Of a stretch of DNA of 64,000 nt, positions 1 to 14,183 are shown piece after piece (the stretch's first letter is position 1; each line of letters opens with the position of its first letter). The notes beneath the pieces were generated by a model. The model was not told where the DNA came from. It made no database searches and worked only from the letters and a program-made list of their open reading frames with translations. The stretch lies in assembly GCA_044892505.1 (NCBI GenBank), contig CM097883.1:93868001-93932000 (forward strand), read 5' to 3'. Made by a program: the position numbers and the translations under genes. The stretch is from Schmidtea nova (Eukaryota).

Positions 1-1615
1 ACGTAGCTTTTTAAAAAAGTAATTAAAATTTCTTAATTAACAAAGCATAATAGAAAAATAGAACAAAATTATCGAAATATGCAAATTGTTTAAGTATATT
101 ACACTCTTCTCTTAAATGCAGTACTTGTTTACATATTAGGTTATTTGTTGAGTAAGTAACTTTCATTATTTGGCTATATTCAGATTTTTTAATAATGCCC
201 AATAGTCATAAAACCATCTTAAGTTATTTAAATTAAAATTCGTTAATTTTGATTTTTGATATATTACAATTATATTCCATGTTCTATTTAATTATTGAAG
301 ATTATTTCCAATTCTGGATTTAGTGTGATATTAAGTAATTTTGTACAAAAATAAGTGAATTTGTTTGCTAATTATGTGATTAATTATCTGAAAAAATAAT
401 CTTGTGAATAGAATATAATATCATTTAATGTTTAAGACTTTGTTTATAAATATTTTTTTATTAATTAAAAAAATTATAAATGTTTTTTAGATTTAATATT
501 TCAGATTTAAAAGTATAAATTTTACAGATATTTTTTGAAATAATTAAAATAAAGAAATAAACATGCAATTTTGTTTTGTAAGAAAACTAAACATTTTTTC
601 TAAACATGTTTTGGATAATGAAAGAACAGCAGTGGGTTCTTTTTAAAGTAAGTGTCTATCGTATATCACTAGCAAGTCTTCATACAATTTCTGATAATCG
701 TAACTATCCATCGCAGATGTTGAATGTATGTTCGACGAAAAATCTTGTTAACAGAAAGTTAAACTTTTACAAATAATTCAATTTTACTTTGAATTAATGA
801 TGTTTTAAGATATCAGGCATGATCTCATTATAATATATTGAATACGAATAGTACTTTTTACGTTTAGTACGGAAAGTTTTGAAAACTGGAAGCAGATGTC
901 ATAACACAATAGTTATGTTAAAAATTAACCAAAGTGAGTTTTAGGAGCAACATCAAGTCTTTTGCACTTATGTCATCTGAATCTCTGACAATTTTTAGTT
1001 TTATTTTTGATGGTATCTTTATATTATTGTTGTCCAAATTCTTAAGATATTACAACTTCAAAGTCAAATGTTTATATGTTCAAATATTATTGACACATTA
1101 ACAGTTTGTGATGTAAGCATTCCAAAATTGAAAAATACATGAATTAATAGTAACTCTAGCCGGAGTGTAAAAAATTCGTCCATGCGGAATCTGCCTGATC
1201 GATTGTCCCCGGTTGAAAATTAATCGAATCGATTGTCTTGATGTTAGGTAATCGTTTAGAAATTCTCTTCGGGAGCTTAAATTGAAAATTTCCACACAGG
1301 TCTGCTTAAAGAAAATTTTCACCACTTGGAGTCGCAAAATTCTAATAATTATGATTTTGATGGCGGTATATATAGTAGGTTTTGGTGTTGTTTTCGTCGA
1401 TGCATTATAACAAATTGTTCTAGAAGAAATTACCGATTCTTCCAAAATTACGCAAGATAAGATTATTATTTTTGTAAAAAATTTTAATAACACTAATTTA
1501 TTTTTATCCAAAATTTTACTTTTGAATTAAAGTTTTTTCTAATTTAATTTAATTTACAAAATTTTTAACTAAAACAATTTTTTTTCATACTTTGAGTTTT
1601 TAGGGTTCATTTCTA

Positions 1616-3926
1616 TGGGAGAAAATATGTGCTCTCCAGCTCCAGTAACCTATTTTTGAGTCACCATTCTATTTCTCGGTTCTCCGCCTCTCACTGTCGT
1701 GAACATTAACACGAATGAATGTTCTTCCCGTTTATTTCTCGCGACATAAATTGGATGATGACTTCTAAAGGAAAACGAAAAATTACTCAATACATAATAA
1801 CTATCGTATGGGCGATATATTGTTCAACTTAAAAAGTTCATCGACCAGGCATAAGATTTATCCCTCGCTCGGCTAGCTGAACTAGATTTGAACATTCTTC
1901 ATCCCTTAATTGTCGTCGTTTACGTGATATTGTTATTATTAACTTTGTTTAAAATTTACCACATCTCCTTTCGGCTGCTCTATGAAATACTCTAAATTAA
2001 CAATCCAAATCAAAGTCATAATCTTAATCAAGTTCTATCTCAAGCGATCCCATTTCGCACACTATTGACAAAACAATAATAACAATTCAAACACAACTAA
2101 AATACGTTTATTAAATAATACAAAAATTCACTGGAGTAGGATAATCAAATGTTAATCGACATTGGTTCGTCATTATTTTCAATCTTCTTTCTTGGCTTTC
2201 GTCGTAGAAAAACGAATCATCCCATATCGCGGAATTCTTATGGTGGGATTTCTTCGTAGCTGATCTCTCAGTAGCCAGGTGGTGTACTCGGCTTCACTAG
2301 GAAATAATTCTGAAGGTTCCTACTTCCTTTGTCCACATTAATGGGTAATTTGTGACTTCTTCGCCAGACTGTTTCTACGTGGCCCAACTCATACCGCCTG
2401 GGCACAGTGTTCGTCGCTTTGTCCTCATTCTGGCGCATAAGTCTCCAACTTGTCCTCTAAAACCCACGGAACTGATTTTATTAGGCGAACTTTAATTACT
2501 GGAATGCTATTGATAATTGTCGTTATGGATCGTTGTCTACGACGCTTGTTTCCTCCTTTAGGTATAGAAAGTTTTCCATCTATTATTTTTATTACGGAAA
2601 CGTCAAGCTATATTGATTAACCAAGTTTTTCTTATACTTACTAAAATGTTGTAATTGTAGCAATTTTATTTCAACTGAATTAGTGGAATTTTCCTAGGTA
2701 TTTGTTTTATGGTTCTATCAACCACTTATCCAGTTTCTGGGTAAAATTTTTCTTACGTCAATTTCTTAAAGTTCTGTCCACCTACGCTAATAATTGTTAT
2801 ACTGGAGTCTGTAGAAATACTGCTAAAGAATTTTCTTGTCCATTATCCCGGCCAGATTTTCTAACTATTTATTTGCTTGTTAAGAATTTCATTTATTCCG
2901 AACCATATGTAGTAATGCTAAAACGATTGGCTTGGTTTTTCTTCCTTTAATCCTGTCCGACATTTAGTACGAATAATACCCTAATGGTTTTCTCCATGAA
3001 CTTCGTCAACATCTGTGACTCTTATGAAATCCATTCTCAATGTATCATTTATATTCATTACATGTAACAATATTTTATTTATTTGCCTTCCCGTGCAACT
3101 AGCAGTGTAATTAATAATGAAACTATAATTAAAAATTACCTCCTGAGAATGTTCAAATCACTTGACTAAATAACGAACACCGTTTTATTTTACCGTAAAA
3201 TAATTTTTGTGTTATTTGATTCCTCTAAAAATCGAGATTATGAGAAATCTTAGGGTTTTCCATGTTTCCTATTGCCCATATAATTACTCATCTATTAACT
3301 AGCCATCTTTTTTTTATTTAAAACGATGGTATGAACCCCCGTTTCGACTCTTCGGTTCGGTGACTACGACACATTGGGTATCTCGTGGTTGGGAAACCTA
3401 CAGAGCTCCTCCTAACATCATTTTATAAATAGGGTGAGACACAAATGAGAGGATAATAATTTATTACAATAAAATCAAATTAAAAATTATTTATTTTCCC
3501 AAATTACAAGTTTCAACTCCGATAACAGTTTCATAATCTCAATCTCAATATCACTGTTCGATAACGCAATGCAAAGTAATTAATCAGTTGTTAATTAAAT
3601 TTTCTAACCAATAAATTGTTGTGATTTAATTTTTTGAGAATTTTTAAAATTTTTTAATCTCCTTTTATACTAGATTTGTGTAGTACAGACAACTAATCAG
3701 AGCTGGTCTGTCCCCTCAAATTTAGTAAATAATTTACTTTATTTAGCCAATCATGGCTTTATATTTATATCCAAATATATTAGTTTATTTTTAATAAAAT
3801 ATCTAACTTTATTAAATTATTTTAATTAATTTCACTATTTATTTATTGGTTATTTCCTATTAAATTTCAAGATTTTTTGATCTTATCTCTCTTTAATTGT
3901 TTTTCTTTGCATTACAGGGTTTCTCA
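1616..3926 (-). mobile_element. Possible degraded LTR relic related to the giant-LTR family (boundaries uncertain)
   Basis: Minus-strand ATTGG...TATAAAAG promoter-like pair near 3665-3752. GC-richer decayed coding patch at 2160-2980 encodes NKRRRQR, like the SKRRRQR of LTR-ORF2. Candidate TG/CA ends have only a 3/4 flank match (TCTA vs TGTA). Confidence 0.3.
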
Positions 3927-3929
3927 TGT

Positions 3930-4030
3930 AAATTAAGAACTATTGCAAAATAATTAAGAAATATTGCAAAATAATTAAGAATTATTGCAAAACAAATAAG
4001 AGTTATTGCAAAACAAATAAGAATTTTATC
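3930..4030. repeat. ~21-bp tandem repeat (about 4.5 units), probably subterminal repeats of the adjacent Tc1/IS630 element
   Basis: AATTAAGAANTATTGCAAAAYA-like unit repeated directly downstream of the transposase stop. Confidence 0.75.
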
Positions 4031-4115
4031 AAACTAACATATATTTACAAAATATTATATCCGAGGCGAAAAGATGATTGATTTTCACAAAGTTGTATTC
4101 AATTACGGGATTTAA

Positions 4116-4982
4116 TTAAAATGGATCTCTCCGCAACGCCTTAACGGCAAACTCACGAACGTGGCGAAAATAATTACTACAATCACTGGGTGTAACCGCA
4201 GTAAACCCTTGTTCAATTGCGGCACTCAATTCTGTCACCGTGTTGGAATTTCTTCTTTTAATAACACCTTTCCACTGGGAGAATACCTCCTCAATCGCCG
4301 TCAACTGTGGAGAATATGGTGGCAAGAAAAATAAAAAGTGTCCACTTGATTCGATCAATGGTCTGACTGTTTGCACTTTATGTATAGTACGATTGTCCAT
4401 AATAAATATACTGTTTCTTAAACATTTTGATTCCAAAATTGACAAAATCTCCGCTATAAATGTGGTGTATCGCTCACCATTATACGCCCCTTCAATCGTT
4501 TTATAATAAATCAACTCATTTTTGGATACTGCTGCCGATTCGGAATAGTTCTTTGAACGTATTGACCGAATGTTTTTTCTTGGCGTGGTCCCCACCTCAC
4601 TTCTCCCATAGGCCGCTCGGATGGAACAACTACACCCAAATTCGTCGAGAAAAATTACCCGGTCTTCATCTTGTGCCAAGTAAAAGTTTGCATAATTAAA
4701 TCTTCTTTCAATGTTTTCGGTTGAATTACGAGCTTCCGGAATCAATTGCAATCGTTTGAAAGAAAAATTGAAAGAGGAAATAGCTCTATCAATAGTTGAA
4801 GTAGATGCTATAATGTTTTTTTCGGTTTTCAAACAGGCTTTTAGCGCTTGAAGTGTAATTGAGACATCTCCGTTTATTTTTTCCTTGATGAAATCAACGG
4901 ATTCTTCATCTAGAATTTTGCTTCTTCCGGTCCGCGTTGGTATTGCTTCGATTCTTCCAGTCTTGCTGTATACACTCACCAC
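4116..4982 (-). CDS. Tc1/IS630-family DD34E transposase; N-terminal HTH damaged, frame open to ~5063
   Basis: Motifs VIFLDEFG, IFIMDNRTIH and FLPPYSPQLTAIEEVFSQWK; 34 residues between the second D and the E. Confidence 0.85.
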   Translation of the reverse strand: MVSVYSKTGRIEAIPTRTGRSKILDEESVDFIKEKINGDVSITLQALKACLKTEKNIIASTSTIDRAISSFNFSFKRLQLIPEARNSTENIERRFNYANFYLAQDEDRVIFLDEFGCSCSIRAAYGRSEVGTTPRKNIRSIRSKNYSESAAVSKNELIYYKTIEGAYNGERYTTFIAEILSILESKCLRNSIFIMDNRTIHKVQTVRPLIESSGHFLFFLPPYSPQLTAIEEVFSQWKGVIKRRNSNTVTELSAAIEQGFTAVTPSDCSNYFRHVREFAVKALRRDPF

Positions 4983-5605
4983 GCTGTATACTGTTTGGTA
5001 TGGTAATTCCAGTTCAAGGGAATTTAGTGTATTTAGCTTATCGATTGTTTTATTTTTTCCTAATTATTTATTTAATCATCTTTATTTCTTTCTATTATTA
5101 ATTAATATACTATTTATTTCCATTGTGATTTCGCTGTTTATTTTAATTTCTTCAGTGTAGCTTGTGTCAGCTCAACATAAATATAAATTAAATAATAATT
5201 GTAAAACAATAAATATCAGCACAAAATAATAAATGTCAATATAATAAAAATCATTACAAATATTACCATCAAATAAAATTAATACGCAATTAATGAATTA
5301 AAATCAATAGAACACAAATTATAAATAAAAAAATCAATTTAAAATCGAATAAAATCAATTAATATATTGTCCCCATCAAATAAAAATAATCACTAATATT
5401 ATTAAATTGTCATCGTTCATACATTGTTAATAATCATCATTATCAAAAAAAGTTGGATTGTTTGTAATTTTATTGTACTCTATTTGAACATTTAGTATTA
5501 AAATGTATTTATCCCTATCGTATAATGTTTGCTGATTCTAAATATTGTCATTAATTTTTCTGTATCCAATATTGTTATAATACTGAAGAAAAAAAAGTAC
5601 CTCCG

Positions 5606-5607
<2 letters not shown>

Positions 5608-5672
<65 letters not shown>
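5608..5672. repeat. (TA)n microsatellite
   Basis: Pure TA run. Confidence 0.95.
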
Positions 5673-5679
<7 letters not shown>

Positions 5680-7777
5680 ATATATAATATATACAAAAGT
5701 AGAGTTGTTTTAATAACCAAACGCACTGGCACAATTTGGCATCAACAAAAAATGCAAAATCAAGATGGAATTCAATCAGCACAAGAAAATCGCAGCACCG
5801 ATATATTTTTTAAGCAATAAAATTTCTATTATTATTAACTCCAGTTTTATTATTTCAGTCATGAAATCAGATTATGTTTCATCGATATTTTTTCTCATTT
5901 TAGTAGCCCCCACAATTGGTGTCAGAAGTGGGATAGTTATTGGATTTAAAGTCAAATGTTAAGTTATAAACAAAGATGAATTTTAGTATATTATTCATTG
6001 ATTGCTTGGTGATTTCCGATTTTATATTGTGAATTGTTTCATTCTTCCTATCAATGAATAATCTAAGTGTATTAACAAAAAATGAGTTCAAATTAAAAAA
6101 TGGAAACTTAGAATTTGAGTTGGTCAGATAAGACAGTCATTGAATTGCAAAATGTTCAGCATGAATTGAGTTGTTTTACAAAAAAGGAAAAAGTTTACTT
6201 TGGTAATAAATGCTGTCCCACCTCAATTTCTTAGTTAAAGAAGAAAAAACTGTATTTGATAATCATAATCGATTTATTTAAAAAATATCGAATCTCAAAA
6301 CATTTAATGCTCATTCCACAAATGTTTTCAGTGAATCCATTCAATATGAACTCATAACCGTCATAAAGAATACCGTTCGCATGAACTTACCGATTTACAA
6401 TAATAAGTTGATGTCAAATACCAGAAACAATGAAAATTTGAAAAATAATAAATCTATTACTGAAGTTATGAAAGCTCAAGGCAAATGCAAAGGGCTCGAA
6501 AAATATTTATGTAATATTAATGTAAGATTTAAAAATTTGAGTGTTTTATATATGATTGTTAATTTAATATGGATCCAGTTAAAGTTTTCCGAAAGTAAAC
6601 ATAGAAAAAATAATTAGATATCATTTTGAGTAGATTAGTTCATCTATAAAGAATTATATTTGCATTCCAATGATTGTCTATGTCAGTGTTATTTATTTCA
6701 AATGAGAAAATCGTATTGGATCCAATGGAAAATTAAATAATAAAATTTATTCCTCAGCTGTCAATAAATTTAACTCTCAATTTGTAATGAAGTAAAAAGA
6801 AATCAAATGAGAAAGTATTAGTATGTTGTCAAATGATAATTCAAGGAAATTGAACTCTTTGAAAGATAAAATTATTTAAGTTAATACTAATATTTAAATT
6901 GAAAATGGTTGGAACAATGCATTTAATTACATTCCAAATTTGCAGCAGTATTGAAATGCCTAATGTATTTTGAATTTAATTGACTAAATCTTTTGAGATC
7001 GTTTTGGAAGAAAAAGAGATGAGTAAAGTTTCAAATTTCTTAAAGTAAAGGGTCAAATTCAATTTTTGATTTTACAAAGATGGATTGCCTGAATAAAATT
7101 GTTAAAATGGTAAAAGTCTGAAAATATTAAAAGCCTAACCTTTTTGAAATTTTAGTTTTGATATGTTGATGAGAACGTTGAATTAGCAAAATAAAATAAT
7201 TCATATACAGTTTGTGATACAACTGCCACTAATTTAAAATTATGTTAAATTAATAATAAGAGAGCAGAAACAATTGAAGTCAGTGCTAATCGATGTAAAA
7301 AAATATCTAAATTAGAATATCAACTACGATCAAAACAAAAGAAAATCAATAATGTAACAATCATTCTTCCTACTCACGCTCTCCGGAACCACAGACAATG
7401 ATGTGGTTAGAAACATTTGTATAGTAAGATATTATTTTCAACCAAAGTAAAATACCTGACAACGAATAATTAAAACATTCGGTAAACATAACCAAAACAT
7501 CAATCGTTTATATTGCATTTGGACTTTCAAAATCACCGAAATTTTGGAAGTAGACTTTCTCTTAAATGATATCAAATAATTTAAAAAAATCCCAACAATA
7601 TAATAATTACCAAAAATAAAACACAACACAATAAAATATCAAATTGTAGTGATAGACAATCACACCAGCTTAAACCAAATTTAAAACATTGAAAACATCA
7701 ACGAAAATAGAAAAATTACAATAGTAAGAATAACTCTATCATCACACAGATGAGTTTTGAATAAAACAATAACTCTT

Positions 7778-7870
7778 GGATTAAAAAACGCAGCAGCTAC
7801 TTTTCAATGGTTTATAGACATAATACTAGGAAATCATAAAAACAATAGTTTATTTAGATTATATTGTAAT
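7778..7870 (+). pseudogene. Small Ty3/gypsy reverse transcriptase relic
   Basis: Translates GLKNAAATFQWFIDIILG, then a frameshifted YLDYIVI; matches the RT motifs PFGLKNAxATFQR and YLDD. Confidence 0.5.
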
Positions 7871-9899
7871 AGCTTTACCAATCAATCGTCCCCTTGATCA
7901 TTTAAGTCAATTTAATTCGTCAATACATATAATAAAAATATAATCAATCAGAAATTCTATACCAGCTAAAATACAAAGATTTAACACATTAATACCTCCT
8001 ATATTCTGGGTATTCATTTTAGCTAATAATCCGGGCTGTTTGAAACCGGACTAAAGAAGGAATTAAATACATACAAAAAACGATAATTGGTTCCAAAATT
8101 TGTCTCGTTTTTCAATAAATAAAAGTCGATTAATAAATTAAAATATCTTTATTAGAAAACTTTCTAAAAAATGCATGTTTTTGGAATCATTTTTTATTCT
8201 CTAAAATTGCAATAGCGATACATGTAATTTTTTTCTTTGGCGTTTTCTTTTCATACATTTTTTTGTAGCAACGAATTGCATTATTTTTTGTTCAGCGAAT
8301 TGCAAGGCTACGTTTAATTTTAAGATCCACTTCCATAATATGTTCTGATAAAGTTTCAACCCCCCAATGATTTTTTACAGTTGTTCAACTGTTAATTCTC
8401 ATTCAGACACGTCAACTTAGTCGTCTTTGTATAAGTCTTTATAAGATTGTTTGTCGTCTATGTTAATAAGTGTTTCATTATCTAGTTCATTGGTGTTCGA
8501 TTTGATGAACTCGATTTGAATCTAACTCTTTGAAACCAATATGATTTCCAATTTCCATTAAATTATTAGTGACTTCTGCAAAATGGGGTTAAAAACCAAT
8601 GAAATCATTTACACAATGTGGTATGATATGTTTATATACTGACCTTATATTATTTGTCGTTAGTTCATGTCATGCTTTGCCTTTATTTTTGACAGCGTTT
8701 CTGATGTCTTAGTCCTTCTTAAATTCCGTTAAATTAGATGTATTTTCTCTTGTTGTAGTTTTTATGGCTTATGAAAAAGTGGCGAAAATAATAGATATTT
8801 AATGTCAGAATAACACCTTGATTCATTGGTTGCATAAACAAGGTCCTATTTGGAGGGATAAAAGTGATGGATGACGTGCTGAATTATCTAAGATTAATAA
8901 AATCTTAAACACATTTTCTCTGCAATAACGTTTTGTTGAAGGGTAAAAATAGTTGATGAATCAATTTTCAAATAAAACTTTAATGATTCATACTTATTAT
9001 CAGAAAAGGCCTAAATAAGCAGGTTTCTGAAGAATAAGTCGCAATGGAATAGGATTTATAGATCTACAAAGCTTTAGATTTGAAAACTTTTCGAAAAATA
9101 AACGCACAAAACAAATTGTTCTATCTCTCCTAATTGAGATCTCATTTTTGTACAAATTAAGTCATGCGAAGAAAGCCCACTAAGATAGCAATCATTTAGA
9201 AATCACGTGGTATTTCTTTTTTTTCTTTTTTACCAATTTCATTTTAAATAACGATTCTTAAAATAGAGGTAACGAAATAAAAATATAGAAAAGATTTTCT
9301 AAGAAAAACGAAGGCATTAAAAGCATTTATTGGGCATAAAATATTTTACGAATTAATTTTATTAAGTAGACGAATCAGCGATAATCCGTCTCCCGTACCG
9401 CTCCTCTTATTACAAAAACTGTTAAACAGGTTAAGTTCACGTTTGAATATGCTAAATTTGTTCGTACACACTATGTCATCATTTTTTGCATATGAGTTGA
9501 GAAAAAAAAGAACTCGTTAGGCCAGTTAAGAATTTGTAGTAACAATCAATAATAATTTAATCAATGATAATTTAAGTCTCTAGTACTTCCACTGCTTTTA
9601 TTTGTTTTATACAGGCACCTACATCTTTTGCTGCTGTACGAATAAAATACAGTGTTTCTCATATAAAAAACTATATTTACAAATAAAAAAAACTACATTA
9701 AACCGAAAACGCCTTGATAAAGAATATAGTGCACAGACTAGAAAGTTATTATAAAAGAAAATAATGGAATTTAACTGGCAGATCAGTTAATAATTTGTGC
9801 ATTTACAAAAATTATATATTTTAATTCTACATTTAAGCAGTTTGACAGCAAATAAAAAAATATTATGCTCACAAACTCGAATCAAACAAACTTTTTGAT

Positions 9900-10939
9900 T
9901 TATAAAAGAACAATAAAAAATTTAATCACTCCATTTTTGGTATTTAAATAAAATTCTTCGCGACGAACCGCCTTTAAAGCATACATCCTAACGTCGACAT
10001 AAAACCCCACACAGTCATTTTCCGTTACAGAAGACACTCCTCCTAGAATTGCATTTTCGAGTTCCCCAACGATATTTGAATTCATCGATTTGACATAATA
10101 CATCGATTTGCTAAAAGCTCTTCAATAGGATTCAATTGGGGGCTATATGGCGGGAGAAATAATAAACTATGTCCATATTCCTCTATAACATTATCAGCAC
10201 CTGAAACCCTGTGGAATGCCACATTATCCATTATTATCGTAAAGTTGTTCATATTCAACTCACTCATTTTCCTAAACAACTCTGTTAAAAATTGAATATA
10301 CGTTTCACCATTATAAGCATGATTTTGTGTCTTATGAAAAACGATTCCTCTTTTAGAAATCCCGACACAAGTTGAATAATTTCTAGACCTTATTGATCTT
10401 AAAACTTTCCTGACACGAGTTCCCACTAAACTTCTTCCGTAATTCAATTTAAGTGAGCAACTCACTCCCATCTCATCAACAAAAATCGTTTTTTCTTCAT
10501 TAAGTAGAAGATAATTATTCGAATAATCATATCTCTGAGTAATATTTTCGGAACTATTTCTAGCCTCTGAAATCAAGCTTACCTGTTTTAAGGAATAATT
10601 TAACTTACTCAAAGATATCTCTATCGTGGGCAACGATACAACTATTCTCTTTTCGGTGTAAATCCGATTTTTGAGAGATTTTTATGTGACAGAAACATCG
10701 TTTTCAATTTCATTAACTATAAATGCTTCGACATCAGAGTTTATTTTTCTTGCTTTCGGAACTCTTTGCTTGATAGATTTGTACCTGCCAAATCGTTTGT
10801 AAGTCAGCAAAACACTTCTAATCGTCTCGTACTTCAGCTCCAATGCCGTTGAAATTTCTTGCGGCGACTTTCCGGCTTCATACTTATTCACGATAGATTT
10901 TCTTGTTTCGTCTGATAATTGTCTTTTCCGATTGTTCAT
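9900..10939 (-). pseudogene. Second Tc1/IS630 DD34E transposase, broken into three ORFs by frameshift/deletion
   Basis: HTH N-terminus (10682-10939), IFVDEMG, IIMDNVAFH, FLPPYSPQLNPIEE (DD34E), and C-terminal YALKAVRREEF similar to the copy at 4116. Confidence 0.8.
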
Positions 10940-12021
10940 GGGCCTTTTTTAAGGATTTTAATAAAAATTTAAAATTATACAATCAATAAATTTAAAGGCT
11001 TGCGTTTTTATATACGAACCTGGTTATGTCTTTGCTTTGTTAGAGTTATTTTTTTAATATGGCTGTTTTCAATACAAAGTGTTTTTAGTGTAGTTTTTTT
11101 ATTTGTTAATATAGTTTTTTATATGAGAAACGCTGTAATACCAGTGAATTTTTATCCATGGTAACAAAAAAATTAAAATATTAAATTAGCTAAGAAGAAT
11201 GTAAATTTTAAACTATTTTTATAATAATATTAAATCAAAAAAAATAAAATAATCAAAAATTTTATTTGGTATCAAGTAACAACTAACAACATAATCTCAA
11301 AATATTGTTATTTATAGGTATATGTAATTTATTGAATTACCGTATAAATTTTAAGGTATTTCACTGACAAAACCGTTTTTTGCTACCAATCAATTACAGT
11401 AAAAATATCAAATAAATTCTATTGAAAGAATCGGAATTGTTCGGAGTAGGTTCTAGTCTTACTAAACTAAAAATGACCTTTTCAAAAAGAGATAAACTTT
11501 TATTGATATTAAAAGTTTATAATGTAAAAATAATTTGGTATAACAAAAAATTGTTGTATTGATGACATAACCTTTGAAATATTATTTCATTTATTTAATA
11601 AAGTCGTTATTGCGTTTTATGTACTTTGAATATTTTTAATGAAAAAACAATTTTGTACATGTTGGTTGTGCTTTAGAAAAATGAGAAATATTTCAATATT
11701 TGTTCAGGCTAGGGTTACACAACAACACATAAATGACTTCTGATCGATTGTCCGTTTAGATAACCATCCGTACACGTTGGTACTGCACACGTCAGTCAAA
11801 TGTAAGCTGATAGGTGAGCACCTACTTAGCACTACTCTCATTCTGATGGGTTCCTATTACTGGTAGAATGTCGCAAAAATCTTTCTTTGCCCCCTTGTTT
11901 AGATCACTCCTTCTGGATGGATTCGCCTTATACGCGTAATAAATAAGAATTCTGTACCAACTTGTTTTTACCAGAGGAATTATAATACTATTAAGGATCA
12001 CAAAAGATCACAAAAAAAACA

Positions 12022-12480
12022 TCAACAACAATAAAATACATATTTTTGATCAGTCATGACATACAAATATGTATAGTAACTATAGTCGATAACTGTTAAC
12101 GTGAATGGGAACGCGATGTTTCGTATTTTCTTTAGTCTGCGCCGTTTCTGCGCACTTAGGCGTTTACGTTTGATTGTCTTCGGTAATAGCACAGTGGGTA
12201 TAATGGGGTTTATCAGTACTGGAGGTGTCGGGGGCAATGAGTTCAACGATATGGGTCGGATTTGGTCTCTTAAATCATCGGTCGCAAATATGTGGTTTAT
12301 CACCCGCTGATAGTTTCATAGTTCTACTCTTAACGCATTGTTCTACAGTTTCAGGTCACTGAGGGCATGTTTCGCACGCAGTAACTTGTCCATCATTGCT
12401 TTCTTCGCGTGAGGCGAGAAATAGCGGCTCTCCAGTTCCATTATCCGCCTCTTAAGTTGACTTACTTGCTCTTCAGTGGA
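12022..12480 (-). pseudogene. Decayed homologue of giant-element LTR-ORF2
   Basis: Translation IMELESRYFSPHAKKAMMDKLLRAKHALSDLKL*NNALRVEL*NYQRVINHIFATDDLRDQIRPIS...KRKRLSAQKRRR aligns with IQYLRTSWFAPARMKEQMSRTERAQKTADDYRTEWEATKIELRRCLHSVTTSFIESELKAQIRPIT...KRKRIGSKRRR. Confidence 0.7.
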
Positions 12481-13966
12481 AGTAAAATTGAGTCCGGTGT
12501 TCGCCACGCAGCCTATTCATTCATGTACTGCTATTTCAAACACAATTCAAACTGAAATAAATTATTTTGTTAAATTATCACACGGTTTGGTTATCCCCAG
12601 GCAAATATTTAAGATTATTAGTCTTTCTGTCATGGATAACGAGGTCTTGCTATTACATCTAAAGAGGTCGGAACCTTTAGTTAGAGGGGACGGATTATCA
12701 ACCCTGACACTTTTGCCTTTACCACAAATCGGAGTGAGAATGAAGTAGTCCCCGTGATTAGGAATTATATTACGTGCACATGGAATTTACTGAGCTAAAT
12801 TTTACTATTCCTCCTTGTATTAATATTGAGGACTTTGTAATTTAAATGGTGTTATCGCATGCACGACTACTTCCCACATAACTAATAGTTACTTAAAATC
12901 GAAACTGGTTTTTAATAAAACAAACAAAAATAAACAGTTACGGTAAATAAATTTTATTCAGCCATAATTACAACAATTAATTTAAAATTGTCACAATAAA
13001 TAATTACAACACGATCTATACAAGAATTAGTTATCGTTGGAATTAGGCTTTACTCGGAGGGATTGAAGGGAGAGTCCGTTGGTTCGGTTGATGCTGGAGG
13101 ACCAAACACGAATCGGCCCATTTTTAAGAAATCGGTAGTGGGAATCGTTCCGGTATATTTCAGAAAATTTCGATCCGGAATGTCACTGGGCAACTCAACG
13201 AAATACTTGGGGCAACCCAGTGGATATTCAAAATCGACATCGATAGGCCAAGCCTGACTTCCATGCCAAACTATTTCGTCCGGACTGTCACGGAATATAC
13301 TAAAATATGTATTTCTCCGTTTCGAGTGAACGCCTGTTGGTGCTCCAAAATGATTTCCATCGCAAGGTCCTTCGGGATTTCTTTGATTGGCATAGGCAAG
13401 ACCAGATAATAATCGTAAATTATCGGTCCTTACTTAATTTCGGCATTGGCATTCCTGATGGGTGACTTTACTTCTGCTCCTCCGACGACGTTATTTTCAA
13501 AATAAAACATCCTAATAAAATGAGTTAAAATGATAATTTATATGGGGATGACGCCGTGCGAGTTTTCTGGGCATTTTAGGGATCTGATTTATCTTTCGTC
13601 AAAACCATTTTTTAATTTAAATTTGACTTATAATTTTTTGTAGAAATAATCATTGCTGTATTTATGATAATTTTGGATAGAATAACAAACAGGATACGAC
13701 ATTCCCGTTGAGCTTAAACAGGAAAGAAAATTTCCGGTCTACCTACATCATTTAAGTATTACCCAAAAGCTTTGTCAAAATTGAAGCGGCGCAATTAATT
13801 GAGTTTACCCATTTCCGTTCCCTTATAATGTAAAATGTTTAGTGTAACAACTCATTTCCTGTATCACGACAGTTCCACTCGAGTTTTCTTACAAGACAAA
13901 ATCTTTGGATTTTTATTCTTCATTGCGTTATTTCCTGTCAGTTTGGATAGCTTGGTAAAAAATTTG

Positions 13967-14183
13967 TATTTATAGAACAGTTACCTGATTTTTCCACTAC
14001 AATAAAAATTCAAGTTATCACTTGAAGAAAGTTAGTCAAAGGTTAGTTGATAGTAAACGTTAGGATGACACAAGTAAAACTAGTAGCCTAAAAAATTTAG
14101 TAGTAAAATTCATTCTAAACATTCGTAAAAATATTGAATTTGATTGGCCTTTATGTAGTGTTTTGATACTATTGCTAGCCAAT
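13967..14183 (-). promoter_or_regulatory. Solo-LTR promoter-like CCAAT and TATA boxes
   Basis: TATAAATA on the minus strand at 13967-13974, with CCAAT/ATTGG boxes at ~14142-14183 upstream; same layout as the giant LTR. Confidence 0.5.

Noticed and set aside
1-9800. Host gene exons (ORFs at 1098, 5765, 5900, 6381, 7438)
   Set aside because: Short AT-biased ORFs with no recognisable domain or consistent splice chain; small exons cannot be excluded without RNA data.
4116-10939. Bacterial IS630 contamination or recent horizontal transfer
   Set aside because: DD34E Tc1/IS630-like families are common in eukaryotes, and the flanks are continuous eukaryotic repeat DNA.
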